DNA of 64,000 nucleotides from Gracilinanus agilis (lineage: Eukaryota), in assembly GCF_016433145.1 (NCBI RefSeq), contig NC_058132.1, forward strand, positions 488,539,694 to 488,603,693, in the 5' to 3' direction. The position numbers were made by a program, and so were the translations under genes. Positions 46,670 to 61,735 of this stretch are shown here, in pieces (the first letter of the stretch is position 1; each line of letters starts with the position of its first letter). The notes beneath the pieces are model-generated. The model saw only the letters and a program-made list of their open reading frames with translations. It was not told the DNA's origin and made no database searches.

Positions 46670-47370
46670 TTCCTGGGGTAGGTTATTTGAATGCCAAATA
46701 AAGGATTTTATATTCGATCCTGAGGGTGATAGGAAAACACTGGAATTTATTGGGAGTAATATGGTGTTATCTGTACTTTAGAAAGGTCACTTTGGCAAAG
46801 GAATGGAGGATTGAAGTGGAATGGACAGAGACTTGAGGTGGGGAGGCTAAGAGAAAGGCTACTGCAATAGCTGAGGTATGAGGGCTTACACAAAAGGCCA
46901 GCGAAGAGGGAGGATCCGGGAAAAGGGGGTGCCTGGCAGTATCAAAAGCTGCAGAGAGATCAATAATAATGAAGATTGGGGAAAGACCATTAAATTTGGC
47001 AATTAAAATATCATGGTAACTTTGAGAAAGTAATTTTACCTGAATGATGAGGTCAGAAGCCAGATTACAGAGTTAAGTGAGTGAAAGGAAAGAAAATGAA
47101 GGCATCGGCTGTACATGTACAACCTTCTCAAGGAATTTATTTGTGAAAGGAAGGAGATTTAGTTGGCAGGGATAATGGATCAAGAGAGGTTTTTTTCTGG
47201 ATGGGGGAGACATAGGTGGATTTGTAGGTAGAGGGAAGTAATCAGTAGTCAGGGAGAAACTGAAGTAAGAGAGTGAGGATGGCAGAAAGGTCACCTTCTC
47301 TGCTGGAGAAGGAAGGGCCACCTTTACATATGAGACAGGGCAAAGTAGAAGATAATGGCAGAAGCATCCG
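46670..47370 (-). mobile_element. Degraded L2 fragments
   Basis: atttggcaattaaaatatcatggtaactttgagaaagtaatttt...agaagccagattacagag, L2-like. Boundaries approximate. Confidence 0.55.
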
Positions 47371-50300
47371 AGTTTGTGTTAATCTCTTTTTAAAACCCTT
47401 CCCTTCTGTCTTAGAATTGATGATACTGAGTATCAGTTCCAAGGCAGAAGAGCCATAAGGGCTAGGTAATGGGGATTTAGTGACTTGCCCAGGATCACAC
47501 AGCTAGGAAATGTCTGAGGCTAAATTTGAACCCAGGACCTCTCATCTCTGAGCCTGGCTGAACCACCTTGCTGGCCCCAGTTCATGTTCATCTTCATAAA
47601 CTCTTGTAAATTTTTTCCACATCTGTAAAATGAAGGTCTTAGCCTAGTTGAACTCCGGTAACACTAAGTTAAATTTTCTCTAGTTTTAACATAGTTACAG
47701 AAGGGACGATTGAGGTTATTATGTTTAACCCCAGTTGTGCTGGCTTTCCTTTCCCTTGAACGTAACACTGTCTCCTTTTCCCTCATACTCTGAACTTCTT
47801 CCTTTCTCACCCCTACCTCTTAGTTTTCCTGCCTTCCTTGCAGGCTCAGCTCAAATCCCACTTTTTTTTTTTTTTAGGAGATTTTCCAGTGGCTACAGCC
47901 TTCCCCTCTGAGATGACCTTCCATCTACTGGGCATGTGTCACATTTGTACCTAGTTATTTCCAGGTTGTCTCCCCCATTAGAATGTGAGTTCCTCCTGGG
48001 CAGTGACAGTTATTAGCTCTCTTTGTATTCTTGGTACAGAGCCCAGTGCCTTTCCCAAGAATAAATACTTGTTGATAGTTGTTCATTTAGAACAACTTCT
48101 ACTTGAGTGGATGTATTCCAGCACGTTTCTGGATCTGTCCTTTTAATGCAGTGACTCCCTGATTCCCATGCTTCCTAGAAAGGACTGGCTTTGCAGACAT
48201 TGTAATTAAAGTTGGAAGAACCAAATCAGTATCACTTGACCCAAGGAGACTAAGTAGGTAAGTAGCAATTAAGAGGAGAACTGTAAGGAGGGGCCCTAAT
48301 TAAATATAAGATTTCCCCCAAATAACTTTTATCTCTTAATGTGAATGACTAGAGCAGTTATCCCAAAGTCTATTTTCTTGGAACTCTTTGGAATGTTCAT
48401 TTCTTTTTTATCTATGGGAAAAAAATCAGAGTGTAAAATTTAATAACAAAAGTAACAATGATTAGGGCAACTAGGTGGCACAGTAGATTGACAGTTGCAA
48501 GATAGGGTGGATATGGTGTCAAGAGTACCAGAGTTCAAATCCTGACTCAGACATTTAACAAGCTGTATGACCCTGGGCGAGTCACTTAGACACTGAATCC
48601 CTTAATTCTTTCATCTGGAAAATGAATATAATAATAGCACCTATCCTGCTGGGTTGTTGTGAAGATCAAGTGACATTACATATGTAAAGTGCCTTGCAAA
48701 TTTTAAACTATATTTTTTAAGGCAGCTAGATTATATATGGGAAGAAGTGCTGGACTTGAAATCTAGAAGACCTGAGTTCAAATCTAGTCTTGGACAATTG
48801 CCAGTTATGTTACCTTGGGCACATCACATAACCTCTTGCCGCCTCAGTTTTCTCATCAGGAAAATGGTGATGATAAGAGCATCTACTCTTGTTGCAAATA
48901 TTAAGCTAATGTATGTAAAGTATCTTACTATATTTTTAAAAACCCTTACCTTCTGTCTTAGAATCTATATAAGTATCAGTTCTAAGGGAGAAGAGTAGTA
49001 AGGGCTAGAAAATTGGGGTTAAATGACTTGTCCAAAGTCACACAGATAGGATGTATTTGAGGTCGGATTTGAACCCAGGATCTCCCAACTCCAGGCTGGC
49101 TCTTTCTAGCTACTGAGCCACCTAACTGCCCCTGTAAAGCACTTTACAAGCCTTAAGGCTCCACATAGATAACAGAACTATTAAATGCTTACATTTTATA
49201 TAGTATTTTTCATTTAGGATCTCTGAAGTCATCTAGTCTAAGCTAAATGTGAAGTCTACCACTTCCCCAACAAATGGTCATCCCAGAATCTTCTGAAAAG
49301 AATCACAGAGGGAAAAGTGGCTATTTTCTGAGGCAACCCATTCTACTCTTGGGCAACACTATAATTGTTAGAAAGTTTTTCTTGATACCAAGGCAAAATT
49401 GACTCACTGTAACTTCCAGCCATCATTCCTAGTTCTGCCTTTGGTGGTCAAAAAAAAATGAGTTTGGCCCTTCTTCCATGGAATAAGCAATCATGATTAC
49501 CTGAGTCTTATTCTTCTCTAGGATACAGATTGGCATTCTTTCAACCACTCATTTGGTTTCCCTTTGCTGACTTGATTTCCCCTTTCTCTGAGCACATGGC
49601 CTGGATTCTTCAAAGCAAGTGCTCTTTAGAAATTGTTCCTTTAGCATTAAAAATTTTTTTAAAAACCTATTCTTTAAAGTTTAGGAAACTATGACTGTTT
49701 GGGTTCATGCAAGATGATTCTCTGAATCCAAGAGACTTTCAAGATGATTCTTGAAGTAAAACAAGAGTATTTCAAGGTATTTCGAGGTCTGGAGGTCTAC
49801 AGGAAGAAGATTGTGGGGGAATACCAGGATTTCAAGCTCCACAGGATTATGGATTCAGAGTTGGAAGGAACCTCAGAGTTTACCTAGTTCAACTGCTTCA
49901 TTATATAAATAATTCTTAGGGTAACCTTTGGCTGAAAGCTCATTTACATATATCTCTGTTTGTTAGCAGATATTGAACACTCAATGCTCTATGCTCATGG
50001 GAGGGTCAGATTTGACTAGAGCTCGGATAAAGAGAGATCCGGGTCTTCTGGCTTCTATCTTCAGGAGAAAAGATATGCAGCTTCCATATTTTCTTCAGGG
50101 AAAGGTCTCTGAAGGGAGACAAAGGAAGAAGAAGACTCTAAGAAGAAGCTGACTCTGAGAAGAGGAGGAGCCTGCGCTTCACACTTCTGTGTTTTGAATC
50201 CCAAAGCCTGGAGATGAAGAATTCTGTTTTCTCAAGCTTGGAGCACCTCCACCAAAGAAGGGAATCTTATGCAAATGAATCTTGAATCCCATTTAGCCAG

Positions 50301-51859
50301 CACAACTCTGATGGAAACTTGGAATCAATCAACCAATAAACAAGCATTCATTAAAGGCATACTCTGTATCAAAATTTGTGATATGTATTGGGGATACAAA
50401 GGCAAAAGTGAAATTGTTGGTTCTCCATGAGCTTCTATTCTATCTGAGTGTTATCTTCCCAGATCTCCTCCCAGGTATCCCTGCAAGGGATATCCAGGAT
50501 GATGGGGGTGAGATGATGGGAGACATCATTTCTGTAAAGAGTACAGGAGCAACTGGGTGGCTCAAAATGGACTGAGAGTTAGGCCTAGAGACAGGAGGTC
50601 CTAGATTCAAATCTGGCCTCTGACATTGCCTAGCTGTGTGACCCTTGGTAAGTCACTTAACCCCCACTGCAGTACCCTTACTACTCTTTTACTTTGGAAT
50701 CAATACCCAGCATTGATTCTAAGCACCGAAATAAGGGTTTTTTAAAAAAAGAGTAAATAGTAACCCCTGAGGTGGCTAATTGGGATGGAATAGATAAAAC
50801 AGAGGAAGGGGGAAAGTTGGCATCTTTGAGATTTATTTTCAGTTGCTTGGGGATCCCCTTTTTAGTTCTGCAGAGGCCTGGCGACTCTCTGCTTTGATTT
50901 TAAGCCCCCTTTGGCAGAGCCCTAAAATGATTGGGAACACAGGCCACAGCAGCTACTTAAAGGGACTCCTCAGAAATCATTCACTGCATGATTGCTGAGG
51001 GGCATCACAACAGTGATTGGAACCAGGCCATGAGATATCCCTGGTGGAACTGGCAAATGTTTGAGAATGTCTCAGTTGTGTCTCTCCTCTTGGTTCCTTT
51101 GAGGAAACTTCCATGTCATGGGAGCCCTGAGGAGAACAACAACATTTCATTTCCTCCAGGGAAAATGGATGAAAGGACTGAACAAGTCATGACAAGTTAT
51201 CAACAACAGAGAGCAGCATTATACCATTTTATTTTTAGCCTAAGGGGAAAAAAACCCTAGCTAATAGAGGTGACACTTATGCAGAATGAGTGACAGGGCC
51301 AGGAAACAACATTCCAGAGATCAATTTAATTCTGATATATTCATCTCAGTCTGATTTACTCAACTCCGTCTAGACTCCGAAGCACTTATCTAAAATACTC
51401 CTTCAGGAAGCTTTAACTATAAGTAGTAGAAAAAATATGGAGCAGATTGACTTTCTCTCTATTATCTATCTCCTCCCTTTGTTGCTTCCTTCCTACCTTT
51501 CTTCTCTCTCTTTACTTGAAAAAAGAATCTCTTCAAAATAACACTTCCAGCAAGTTGTTTATCTAACCTCTCTTTGAATGGGGCGTGTGTATTATGTTGT
51601 TTGTGTGTGTGTGGTGATAGCCCATTCCACTTTTAGGCACCATTTATTGTTAGGTAGGGTTTTTTGTTTGTTTGCTTGCTTGTGTTTATATTGAGGCAAG
51701 GTCTGCCTCTGTGTAACTTCCTTTCTTTGCTTAGTTTCTTAGGCAAGCAGAACAAACCTAGTTCTTTTTCTATATGATAATTCTTCAAATATTGCCATCA
51801 TGTCTCCAACTAAGTTTTCTCTTCTCCAATTAAGCATCTCCAGTTATTTCTATTTTGTA

Positions 51860-52590
51860 TTTTATTGTTATTATCGTGCAAAACACACCTCCAAATTGGT
51901 CATTGTTGTAAGAACACACTCATACAAAACCAACCCCTGCCCTTCACCCCAAAAAAAACCAACAACCCATAAATACACTGATGTGAAAGATGACTCCAAT
52001 AGTTCTTTCTCTGGAGATGGAGAGCATTCCCATCATAGATCTTTCAGGATTGTCCCAGATCACTGCATTGCTGAGAGTAGCCAGGTTTCAGAGTTGATCA
52101 TTGTCCAGTATTGTTGTTATTGTGTATAATGTTCTTATGGTTTTGCTTATTTCACTCTGCATCCGTTCCTGTAGATCTTTCCAGCTTTTTCTGAAATCAT
52201 CCTGCTTAGCATTTTTAATACCTTAACAATATTCCATCACTAACATGTACCACAATTTGTTGAGCCATTTCCCAATTGAAAGACATTTCCTCAATTTCCA
52301 ATTCTTTGTCACTACAAAAAGAGCTTTTATAAATATTTTGTACCAGTAGGTTCTTTCCCCTTTTTTATTATCTCTTTGGGATACAGACCCAGTGGTGGTA
52401 TTACTGTATCAAAGAGTATACACACTTTTATAGCTCTTTTGACATAGTTCCAAATTGCCCTCCAAAATGCTTGTTTCAGGTCACAACTCCACCAACAATG
52501 CATTAGTGTCCCAATTTTGCTCTATTCCTTCCAACATTTACTTCTTTCCTCTACTGCTAAATTGACCATTCTAATAGGTGTGAGATATCT
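51860..52590 (-). mobile_element. Antisense L1 fragment (3' UTR and ORF2 end)
   Basis: Mirrors the sense L1s at 24.1 and 39.8 kb (ccattccatcac...taccacaatttgttgagccatttcccaattg...gtcacaactccaccaacaatgcattagtgtc). Confidence 0.85.
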
Positions 52591-53525
52591 CTAGTTATTT
52601 CAACTAATCTTTATATGTAATGTTCTTGAGACCCCTCATCACCTTAGTTGTCCAAATCTTGGCATTCTTCAATTTATTAGTATCCTTCTAAAATGTGGAA
52701 CCTAGACTGAACATGATATTCTGAAGTGATCTGCCCAGAGGGGAATACAATAGTACTATAACTTCTCTAGTCCTAGCCTCTCTCTTTCTTAATACAGACT
52801 ATGATCAAATGAACTTTTTTGTCAATCGCATTTTTTAAAACCCTTACTTTCTGTCTTAGAATTAATACTTAGTATTGGTACCAAGGCAGAAGAGTGGTTA
52901 AGATTTAGGAGATAGGGGTTAAGTGACTTGCCCAGGATCACATAGCTAGAAAGTGTCGGGCCAAATTTGAACCCAGGACCTCCTGTTTCTAGGCCTGGCA
53001 TTCTATCCACTGAGCCACTTAGCTGCTCATTAATCACACTGTTGATTCATACTGAGTTTCTAGTCCCCTAAAATCTGCAGATCTTTTGCACCTAATTTTC
53101 TATTTACCTACACTTCCTTTTTTTATACTAGTAAAGTTTTTATTTAAACTTGTGTAAATCTTTATCTATATTAAATTTCTCTTTTAGATTCAATCCAGTG
53201 TTCTAGCTTGTCAAAATCTTTTTGTTTGTTTCTTTTGGATACTTACTCTATTTTAGCACTTTAACTCTCTTTCTAAACTTTGTATCATTTGCAAAAAGCA
53301 AATCATTCACATCTATATCTGAGGCACTGACAATAATGTTATTTAATAAAGGGCCAGGCAAAGATTACCAGGCTATTCCACTGCGGATCTCCTAAGTTGA
53401 GTAGAATTATTAATATCTACTCTTTGGATCTTGATTTTCAACCAGTTCTAAAGCCACCTAATTTTTCTTTTCTACAGGAATATCATGAAAAAATGCCATC
53501 AAATATTTTGCTAAAATGCAGATAA

Positions 53526-53742
53526 GAGGGGGCAATTGGGTAGCTCAGTGGATTGAGAGTCAGGCCTAGAGACGGGAGGTCCTAGGTTCAAATCTGGCCT
53601 CAGACACTTCCCAGCTGTGTGACCCTGGGCAAGTCACTTGACCCCCATCGCCTGCCCTTACCACTCTTCTGCCTTGGAGCCAATACACAGTATTGACTCC
53701 AAGATGGAAGGTAAGGGTTTAAAAAATAAAATAAAATAAAAT
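53526..53742 (+). mobile_element. Young SINE1-type SINE within CR1/L3-like debris
   Basis: Near-perfect consensus, (AAAAT)n tail, 13-bp TSD AAAATGCAGATAA (53513-53525 / 53743-53755). Confidence 0.92.
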
Positions 53743-55007
53743 AAAATGCAGATAAACATTATTTCCAACATTTTCCTGACCCATCAGTCTGGTAATCCTG
53801 TTTTAAAAAAAGGAGATGTGGTTAAATTGATGAAGTCATTTTCTCTAGATATTTACTAAGCGTTCCTTTAGTAATATATTCAAGAATCTTTCTAAGAATC
53901 ACTCAAGCTCTCTGATCTATAACTTATGTACTCCCATCTCTTTCCTTTTTTGGAAAGTGAGGTAACATTTGCCCTTCTCCAATCCCGAAGTACTTCTTGT
54001 TTTCTCTACAATCTTTCAAAGGGAGAACCAACAGTGGTTCAAAAATTGGGGACGCCAGTGTAATAATGGAAAGGAGAAACAAAAAATAAGAAACTGAAAA
54101 GAAAAACTTTAAGGAGGACTGAGCTATGGCCACGAAGAGAAAAACTGAGGTGGGCCAAGATCCTGCAAGCAACAGACCGTTGGTTGTGGTCACCTCCAGG
54201 ACTGTTTCAAGTTCTTTCTTTAACTTCTCCTCCTTCTATTTGCCCAATAATAGATGCTATGTTATACTTTGCTCCTTATTGTACCTCAATATTTCCTGCA
54301 TCCTGATTTTGCCTCAGGATTTAAGAAGTTACTTAGAAAAACACACACAAAAAAGCCAAACCTCTATCTGAATGTTAGAAATTTTCCCAACTGGGGTCTC
54401 TGAGCTATTATGAATAATTACATATGCTATATAATGAATATTATGTATACTAGTAACATCTTGACTGATAACAAACTCCATGGAAACAGAGAAAGAGGAC
54501 CACAGGACCACCATATTGTCCCTAGGCTAAAAGTGAACTAGCAGGTATAATAAGGTTTAGCTAATTCAATCTGCAGCCTCCAATGTAAAAAAGGAAAGGA
54601 GACAAGGTGGAAATAGGTGAGACCTAGGGGAGATAGATGAACTTAAGTGAGATTCAGCTCTGTCCTTTCCAGAAGGGAGAGGGAGTAGAAAGGAAGAGTG
54701 CCATTTGCCTACCACCTATTGGTATTATTTATGAACTGAGCAGCTCTGGCTTCTCTCCATGATTTATTATCATCATCCTACCTAGCCAGAATAGTGAATT
54801 TAGTTCTTCTTTAACCCTTCCCATTTCCCCCAAAGTAGCTTTAAAAACCCCTCTAAAACCTTTTGTGTTGGTTTTTTAGCATCCTCTACCATGTTCAGCT
54901 CATTTTGGTCTTTGGTGCTCCTGGACTACACCACACTTTTGTAGCCATATTCCATTGCCTAATCTTGCTTCTATCCTTTGTAGGTGTCTTTTAAAAATCC
55001 AAGTTGG

Positions 55008-55200
55008 GGGCAGCCAGGTGGCTCAATGGATAGAGAGCCATGTCTAGAGATGGTAGGTCCTGGGTTTAAATCTGGCCTTAGACATTTCCTTAGCTGTGTG
55101 ACCTTGGGCAAGTCACTTAACTTCAGTCACTTAGCCCTTCCTTCTCTTCTGCTTTGGAACTGATACTCAGTATCAATTCTAAGATAGAAGGTAAGGGTTT
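55008..55200 (+). mobile_element. SINE1-type SINE
   Basis: Consensus match with an aaaaatccaagttgg direct repeat on both sides. Further similar SINEs lie near 29983, 32450, 34515, 36255, 38208, 42070, 44161, 44902, 45428, 45968, 47386, 48940, 50546, 52833, 56876, 58820, 59620 and 59826. Confidence 0.88.
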
Positions 55201-55657
55201 AAAAAATCCAAGTTGGTTGGTAAGGTCCCTGTATACCTATATCTGTTGTGTTAGAAAATATTCCCTTTTCCATCTCATCAAAATTACTTCTCTTTGTGTC
55301 TTCAGGATTTCATCTCTCTTGGGCTGTCCCCCTGGTAGAATTTTAGACTGTGGACTCCTGCCAATTTTGATTAAAAAAAAAAAAAACGAACACACACAAC
55401 AATAGACAAACCGTATTGTGTGTTTCATGCTTTGTTAGCCTGGAGGCATTTCAGGCGGAGGGTACTGACCAAACAAAATAATGGAAGATAGAAAATGTAG
55501 GGCAAGTTCAGGGAACAGGAAGCATTCCATGTGCCTTAAATCCGCAGAATAGATGAAGAAAGTCCAGAATAATAGGCTGATTTTGGAAGTTGTTAAATGT
55601 CAAAGGAAAGATTTTATTATGCTTTATTCATTAGGGGAGCCTATTAATATTTTAGAA

Positions 55658-55845
55658 CAGTGGTGTCAAACTAAAAAAGATGCATCACATATTGACTTAG
55701 AAAATCACAAATTAATATTATCTATATTGTTTTACATTTTTATTTATTTCATCAAATATTTCCCAATTATATTTTAAACTGGTTCCTGTTGCAATGGGAG
55801 TTTTGCTGGCTCATAAAACTGCTGGGCTAGAGTTTGATACTTCCA
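55658..55845. mobile_element. Old hAT-type MITE
   Basis: CAGTGGTGTCAAACT ... AGTTTGATAC degenerate TIRs; no clear TSD. Confidence 0.5.
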
Positions 55846-58800
55846 ATTTAAGAGAAGTAGAGGAATTCAGGGGAAAGGGACTGTAAAAAAAATCGTTGCC
55901 ATGTTTTAAAAAGGTTAATTTGGTAGCAGCATTTAGGATAAATCAGAGAGAAGAAACAGAAGATAAAGAGACCATTAAGTTAAGAAGCTCTTGCAATAGT
56001 CCAAGGGAGAACCATTAAGAACTCTGAGTAGGATAATTGATAGCTTTGGGAATGAAAGGAGGGAGGTGAGAGAGATCATGGATGCAGAATTGGCAATATT
56101 GTCGAAACCAAGGAGGATTCTGGGATGGACAGATTGAAACAGAAACCCTGTAGACTGATTGGAGACCCCTTGGGTGTTTTCCTGGTATCGGTAGAGGGCA
56201 GCAGAGACCTTGATAGGGACATGTTGATAGCAAACCACCCCAGTTAAGGTGGGCAGAACCTAAATTCAAATTCTTATTGCCAGTGACATAAATAAAGTTA
56301 GAAGGGCACAAAGTACTGATCTTATGGAGCCAGGGAAAGAGTGATCTAAGACTCTAGCAGGGTGGATCTGGGACAGAGAAATGAGCAGAGCGAGGCCAAA
56401 TGGAGATAGTAGAAATGCCAGAGTCCACAGTGAAGTGAAGTGAAATCAGGGGCAGATTGAATATTTTAGGGATTCTTTTCATCATTTGGGTCCTCTCTCT
56501 CTTTGGGCTTTAAAAATTGGCTTGCTTTTCTGTTCGTTCTGAGTGACTGGCTAGGGCTGGACACTGTTTGGATAGGGAAAGAAAGAAGTCAAAGGTCCTG
56601 AATACCTTCATGCTTCCCATAATGCCCAAAGCTCCTATTTCAGTGTCCACATAAAGCTGCCCTGCCTTATCAGGACCTTGGGCTCCTGACAGTGATATAA
56701 ACATGTAGGATGTAATAATAGTGATGATAATGATTGTATATGGCACATGAAAGTTTGCAGAGTACCACAGAGGAAAGAGTACCAGGTTTATAGTTAGAAA
56801 GACCTGATTTTAAAGTTAGCCTCTCTCCCTTATTAGCTGTGTGACTCTAGACAAGTCATTAAACTTCTGTTTGGAGGCAGCGAGGTAGTATAGTAGATAG
56901 AGCTACAAGTCTAGAGTTGGGAGGACCTGGCTTCAGATCTGGAGATACTTCCTAGCTATGTGAACTTAGACAAGTCACTTAACCCCCAATTGCTTAGCCC
57001 TTACTGCTCTGATGTCTTAGAACCAATATTTAGTATTGATTCCAAGGCAGAAAGTATGGGTTTTTAAAAAACAACAACAACAAAACTCTGTTTGCCTCAG
57101 TTTCTTCATCTGTAAATCTGAGATGATAATAAGACCTACTTTCTAGAATTTGTTGTGAGAACTAAATGAAAAAATATTTGTGAAGTCATTAACACATCAT
57201 TAGTGTTATATAAATATAATTGTTATTATTTTTATTACTTAATCTTTGTTTGCTTCAATTCCCTCATCTGTAAAATGGGGATAATAATAGCCCTTACTTC
57301 TCACGGTGGTTGTGAGGATTAAATGAGATAATAATGTAAAATTCCTAATGTAGTACCAGTACAAGTGCTTATAAATGTTAGCTATTATTATTTTCTCACT
57401 TGAACTTCAAATCAACTCTGGTAGGTGCTATTATTATTCCCATTTAATAGATGAGAAAATTAAGACTGAGATAACTTAAGTGAATTGCTCAGTCATACTC
57501 CTAGTAAATATCCGAGGTAAGCTATTTCCTGACTCTAAGCTCAAAGCTCTATATACTATACCACCTAACCATCTTTACCTACTGTCTACTACTTTTTTTA
57601 GAGTAATAGTTTCTAGGTGATACTTAAATAATCATAAACTAATTCAAAATAAGATATTAATTATTGATGTTAATATATTACTTTCCTTATGTTTCATTTG
57701 ACTTCATATGTATAATGGATATCCTTTTCCTTGCCTTCTCAGTGGATGAAAGAGGGGCTAGAGAGAGAGAGAGGAGAGAATTTGGAACCAGAAATTCCTT
57801 TAAAACCATCTATATCAGTTTCTTCCAGAGAATAAATTTGCTTTTTTTTTTAAACAGAGGGTGGGATTTCTTAATTTCTTAGGTCAAAGCAGAGACTAAC
57901 GTAGATATTACTTTGCACAGTCTATATTTTGTCTGGACAGGTTTTTCTTTTAAATAAAACAATAGGAATGACCACCTCTTGACTTTTTCTCCATCTTTTT
58001 TACTTCCAACCTTCAGAGTTCCTCTGCTTTTCTGGGTCTGGCCTTCAGCTTATAGAGCCATCTCATATTGCAATAATCAGAAATAGGGTCCCTAATTTAT
58101 AGCATAAATAAAGCATAAAGAAAATTTGAAGGGACCAAAAAGGCCAAACGAACCCATGAGGAAATCATTCTACACTTACGACTCTCCTCTTAACAAGGTA
58201 GGACTAATGCCATCCTACTTAGCTTTTCATATCCATGAACACTTCTGGTGAGAGAGCTTCGGAAAAATTTCAGAAAGCAAGCATGAGGAAAGTTAAGGCT
58301 TGACTGGGGTGGTGGTATCAAGATCCACAAACAGTTGAATTGCTAGGATAGGGATTAGATTCCAGACTCTTTTGGGAAGCTTTCGTATCCGTGTGTCCTT
58401 GAGCAAATCACTATCTAACTCAATTCCCCATCTGTAAAATGGGGATCATAATAGCAGCACCAACCTCCCAAGGTTGTTTTAATGATCAAATGAGATAATA
58501 CTTGTAAAGTGCTTGGCGCAGTGCTTGGCACTTATGTCCTTCCTTTCTTCCTTCCTGACCTTGGTTGGGAAAGAGAAAGCCAAAGAGCCCTGGGAAGAAG
58601 TCACCAACAAGAAATAGGCAGTCATTAACATTTTTCCAGATCTTGTTCTGATGGGAAGATCATAGATTTAGAACTAAAAGGGACTTTAGGGATTATGTAG
58701 CCAAATTCCCACATTTTATAGATGAAGAAACAAAGAAACTAAGTGACTTTCACAAGGTCACACAGGAGGCAGGATCAATTTTTAAATCCAGATCCCCTGG

Positions 58801-61735
58801 TTACAGATTTAATGCTATTTAAAAAAACAAACTCGTACCTTCTGTCTTAGTGTAAGTTCTAAGACAGAAAAGCAGCAAAGGCTAGGCAATTTGGGCTAAG
58901 TGATTTGTTCAGGGTTACACAGCTAGGAAATATTTGAAGTCGCATTTGAACCAAGGTCCACCTGACTCCAGATCTCTTGCTCTATCCACTGTGCTACCTA
59001 GCTGCCCTTGCCACAGTACATTTTGACCAAAGGCTCCGAGGACAAAATTTGAGGATTAATGTGTAGTCCTTTCCCACTAAGCCAGAGGAAAAACTTGAAA
59101 ATAAAAATCTTTTCCCAAAGATCATTGGACCAATAATCAAGAAATAGAGATTCTAGACCTATCTCTGCTACTAATTCTTTGCTCTTGGTCGAGAGACAGT
59201 GTTGGTTAGTGAAAAGGGCACTGAATTTAGCATCAGATCTGGATTCAAATCCCTGCTCTTCTATTTACTATGTGACCTTGGGTAAGTCACTTCTCTGGAC
59301 CTCAGTTCCCTCATCTGTGAAATACAAGAGATTGATCAGATATTTTTGAAAGTTTCCTCTAGCTCAGAAATTCTATGATCACTGATCCTTCAGGAATACC
59401 TTAGAACAAAGGACTTGATGATATATGCCTGTATTCATCCCTCCTGGGGAGACTGAGTTTGGTGGATCTCTTAAGCTCAGGAATCCTAAACTACAGTGAG
59501 TGAATCTGATCAAGTGTCCACACTAAATCTGGGACTGATACAATGATTTCCTCAATGGAGAGACCATTTGCCCACCTAAAAAGGGGAGAACTGTCCCAGG
59601 CCAGAAACGGAGCAAGTTAAGGCAGCTAGGTAGCACAGAGGATAGAGCACCAGACCTAGAGATGGGAAGACCAGGGTTTGAATTTGACTTCAGATACTTC
59701 CTAGATTTGTGACCCTGGAAAAGTCACTTAACCCCTGATTGCTTAGTCCTTACTGCTCTTCTGTTTTAGAATTAATAGTGAAAGAAGGCAAAAATTAAGA
59801 GAAAAAAATGGAGCAAGTTAGGGGTAACTAGATCGCACAGTTGAGTGTCATGACAGACCTGGAGTCCGGAGGTCCTGGGTTCAAATCTGAATTCAGATAC
59901 TTCCTAGCTAAATCACTCAACCCTGTTTGCCTAGCCCTTGCCCACCCGCTTAGAGTTGTTAGTAAGATATAAAGTAAGAGTTTAAAAGTTAAAAGAAAAG
60001 AAAAGAATAAAGAAGTGGAACAGATCAAAACTCCCAAGTTTGTATTTATAAATCACTTAGCACAGTACCTGGCACATAGTAGGCATTTAATAATGCAAAT
60101 TCACTTTCCTTACCTCCCCCCTACCCCCATGCCAGTCAGAAGTGGGATTGGTCTCATGAGTGGCTGTTGTTCTTCCAGCTTAGGTGAACTAGGAAGATTC
60201 AATCTCAAAAACAAACAAATAAATAGATAATTTAATAATAGATAATAGATAAATAATAGATAATTTATAAATAAATATAGATAATAGATAATAAAAACAA
60301 ACAAGAATAAATAGATAAATAAAAGGAGTGCCATAGACAGTGTTCATTCAGCATTGTATATTCATTTTGTGGGCCTTCGAATACATTTATTCTAGTTGTC
60401 ACTGAGAGAATCTCTGCTTCTCTAATGTATGTGTGTGTCCTAATCACTGTTCCTATGTCGTGTTCTTGAATAAGTTATAAACAGCTTTTCCTTCTGGGAT
60501 ATTTCCAGTGAGTTGTCATAATGAAGCTCAATGAGCTGAGGCTGCTGCTGTAGACTGTTTCACACCAGCAAAACATTGCCTTATTCAGAGGCCTCCACTG
60601 TCTAATTCTGGGGTCCTGAACTTCTGTGGTTTGAGGCAGATGCATTAACAAGAGATGAGATCATGCAGTAATCAGCAAAGTGAAAAGGAAAAAAAAAATT
60701 GGCTCAGCATCCTCCCAGCTGAGGAGTGATGAATGGGATTCCCTTCAGTACTTACAAACATACTCCCACAAGTCACTCTCACCTCTTCACCCTTCTCCCC
60801 AAGGACGATAGAATGGGTGCTGCTGGATAGAATGCTAATTCTGGACTTGGTGCTAAGAGGTCACATAACTATCCTGACCTCCCATGGGGTAGTGCCGGGG
60901 GTGCAGCCCAGGAACAGATCTTGGGGATTTTTAACACTGTAAGTTTGTTTGTGCTTCGATTCAATAAATAAAAATAAAATTATTCATAAAAGATATCTGT
61001 AAAAATTATTTAAAGAAAAAAGAAAAAAGAAACCATATAAGCCAAAAATAAATAAAATATTAGTAAACTAGTCAATGAGCCTTTATTAAGTACCTAGTGA
61101 ATGCCGGGCTCTATGTTTTTGTTTTGATAATTGAACTTCCTATCTTTAAGAGGACAAGTGAATGGCAATGAATGGACAAAGAATCTTTCTGGAGGGTCTA
61201 GAGAGAGTGGTTGAAAATTTTGATATTTGATGGGTTTAATTGAAGTTATTTATTATTTTTTAATTGTTAATTAATTGTATTGGGGTTCAATATTGTTTAC
61301 AAGTTGTTTTTTTTTTTAAAGAAACTCTTGGATATCTGAAGATTGCACATCCCAGACCCCATAGTCTGATTCTCATCTTCAGCAGTGATATGTTTGTGCA
61401 CAAAGCCCCCAGTGTGGAGATGCTGACATAACTGAGCCTTTGGGGACCCACTGCCTCCAATCAGCTTTGTCCCTGGGGCCCTGCCTGGCACTTTTAATGA
61501 ACACCCAGGATTACTCTCTGTCACAACAGAGCCCAGGCCTAGTCTCAGGAGAGAAAGGTTCTTACTGAGGTCTTAGGTTATGGTACAGCCACACATTCTG
61601 TGACCTCTGTTTTCATGCTCTCTTAACCATCCACTTAAGAGGTTACACCTGAGACTCCACTATCCTCCCCAATTGCTCTACCCCTAAGATCTTAAAATCT
61701 GAAATTCCCTTCTCTAATCACAATCTCCTGTCAGT

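Noticed and set aside
53526-53600. tRNA-like A/B-box heads (tagctcagtgg...ggttcaaat) in about 30 places
   Set aside because: These are the tRNA-derived 5' ends of SINEs, each followed by SINE body and tail, not tRNA genes.
60135-60149. GTCAGAAGTGGGATT, matching the complement of a tRNA-Leu 3' end (ERVL-type PBS)
   Set aside because: It lacks the leading TGGT, and no LTR precedes it (upstream is a MIR/L2-type tail). Probably chance or an isolated remnant.
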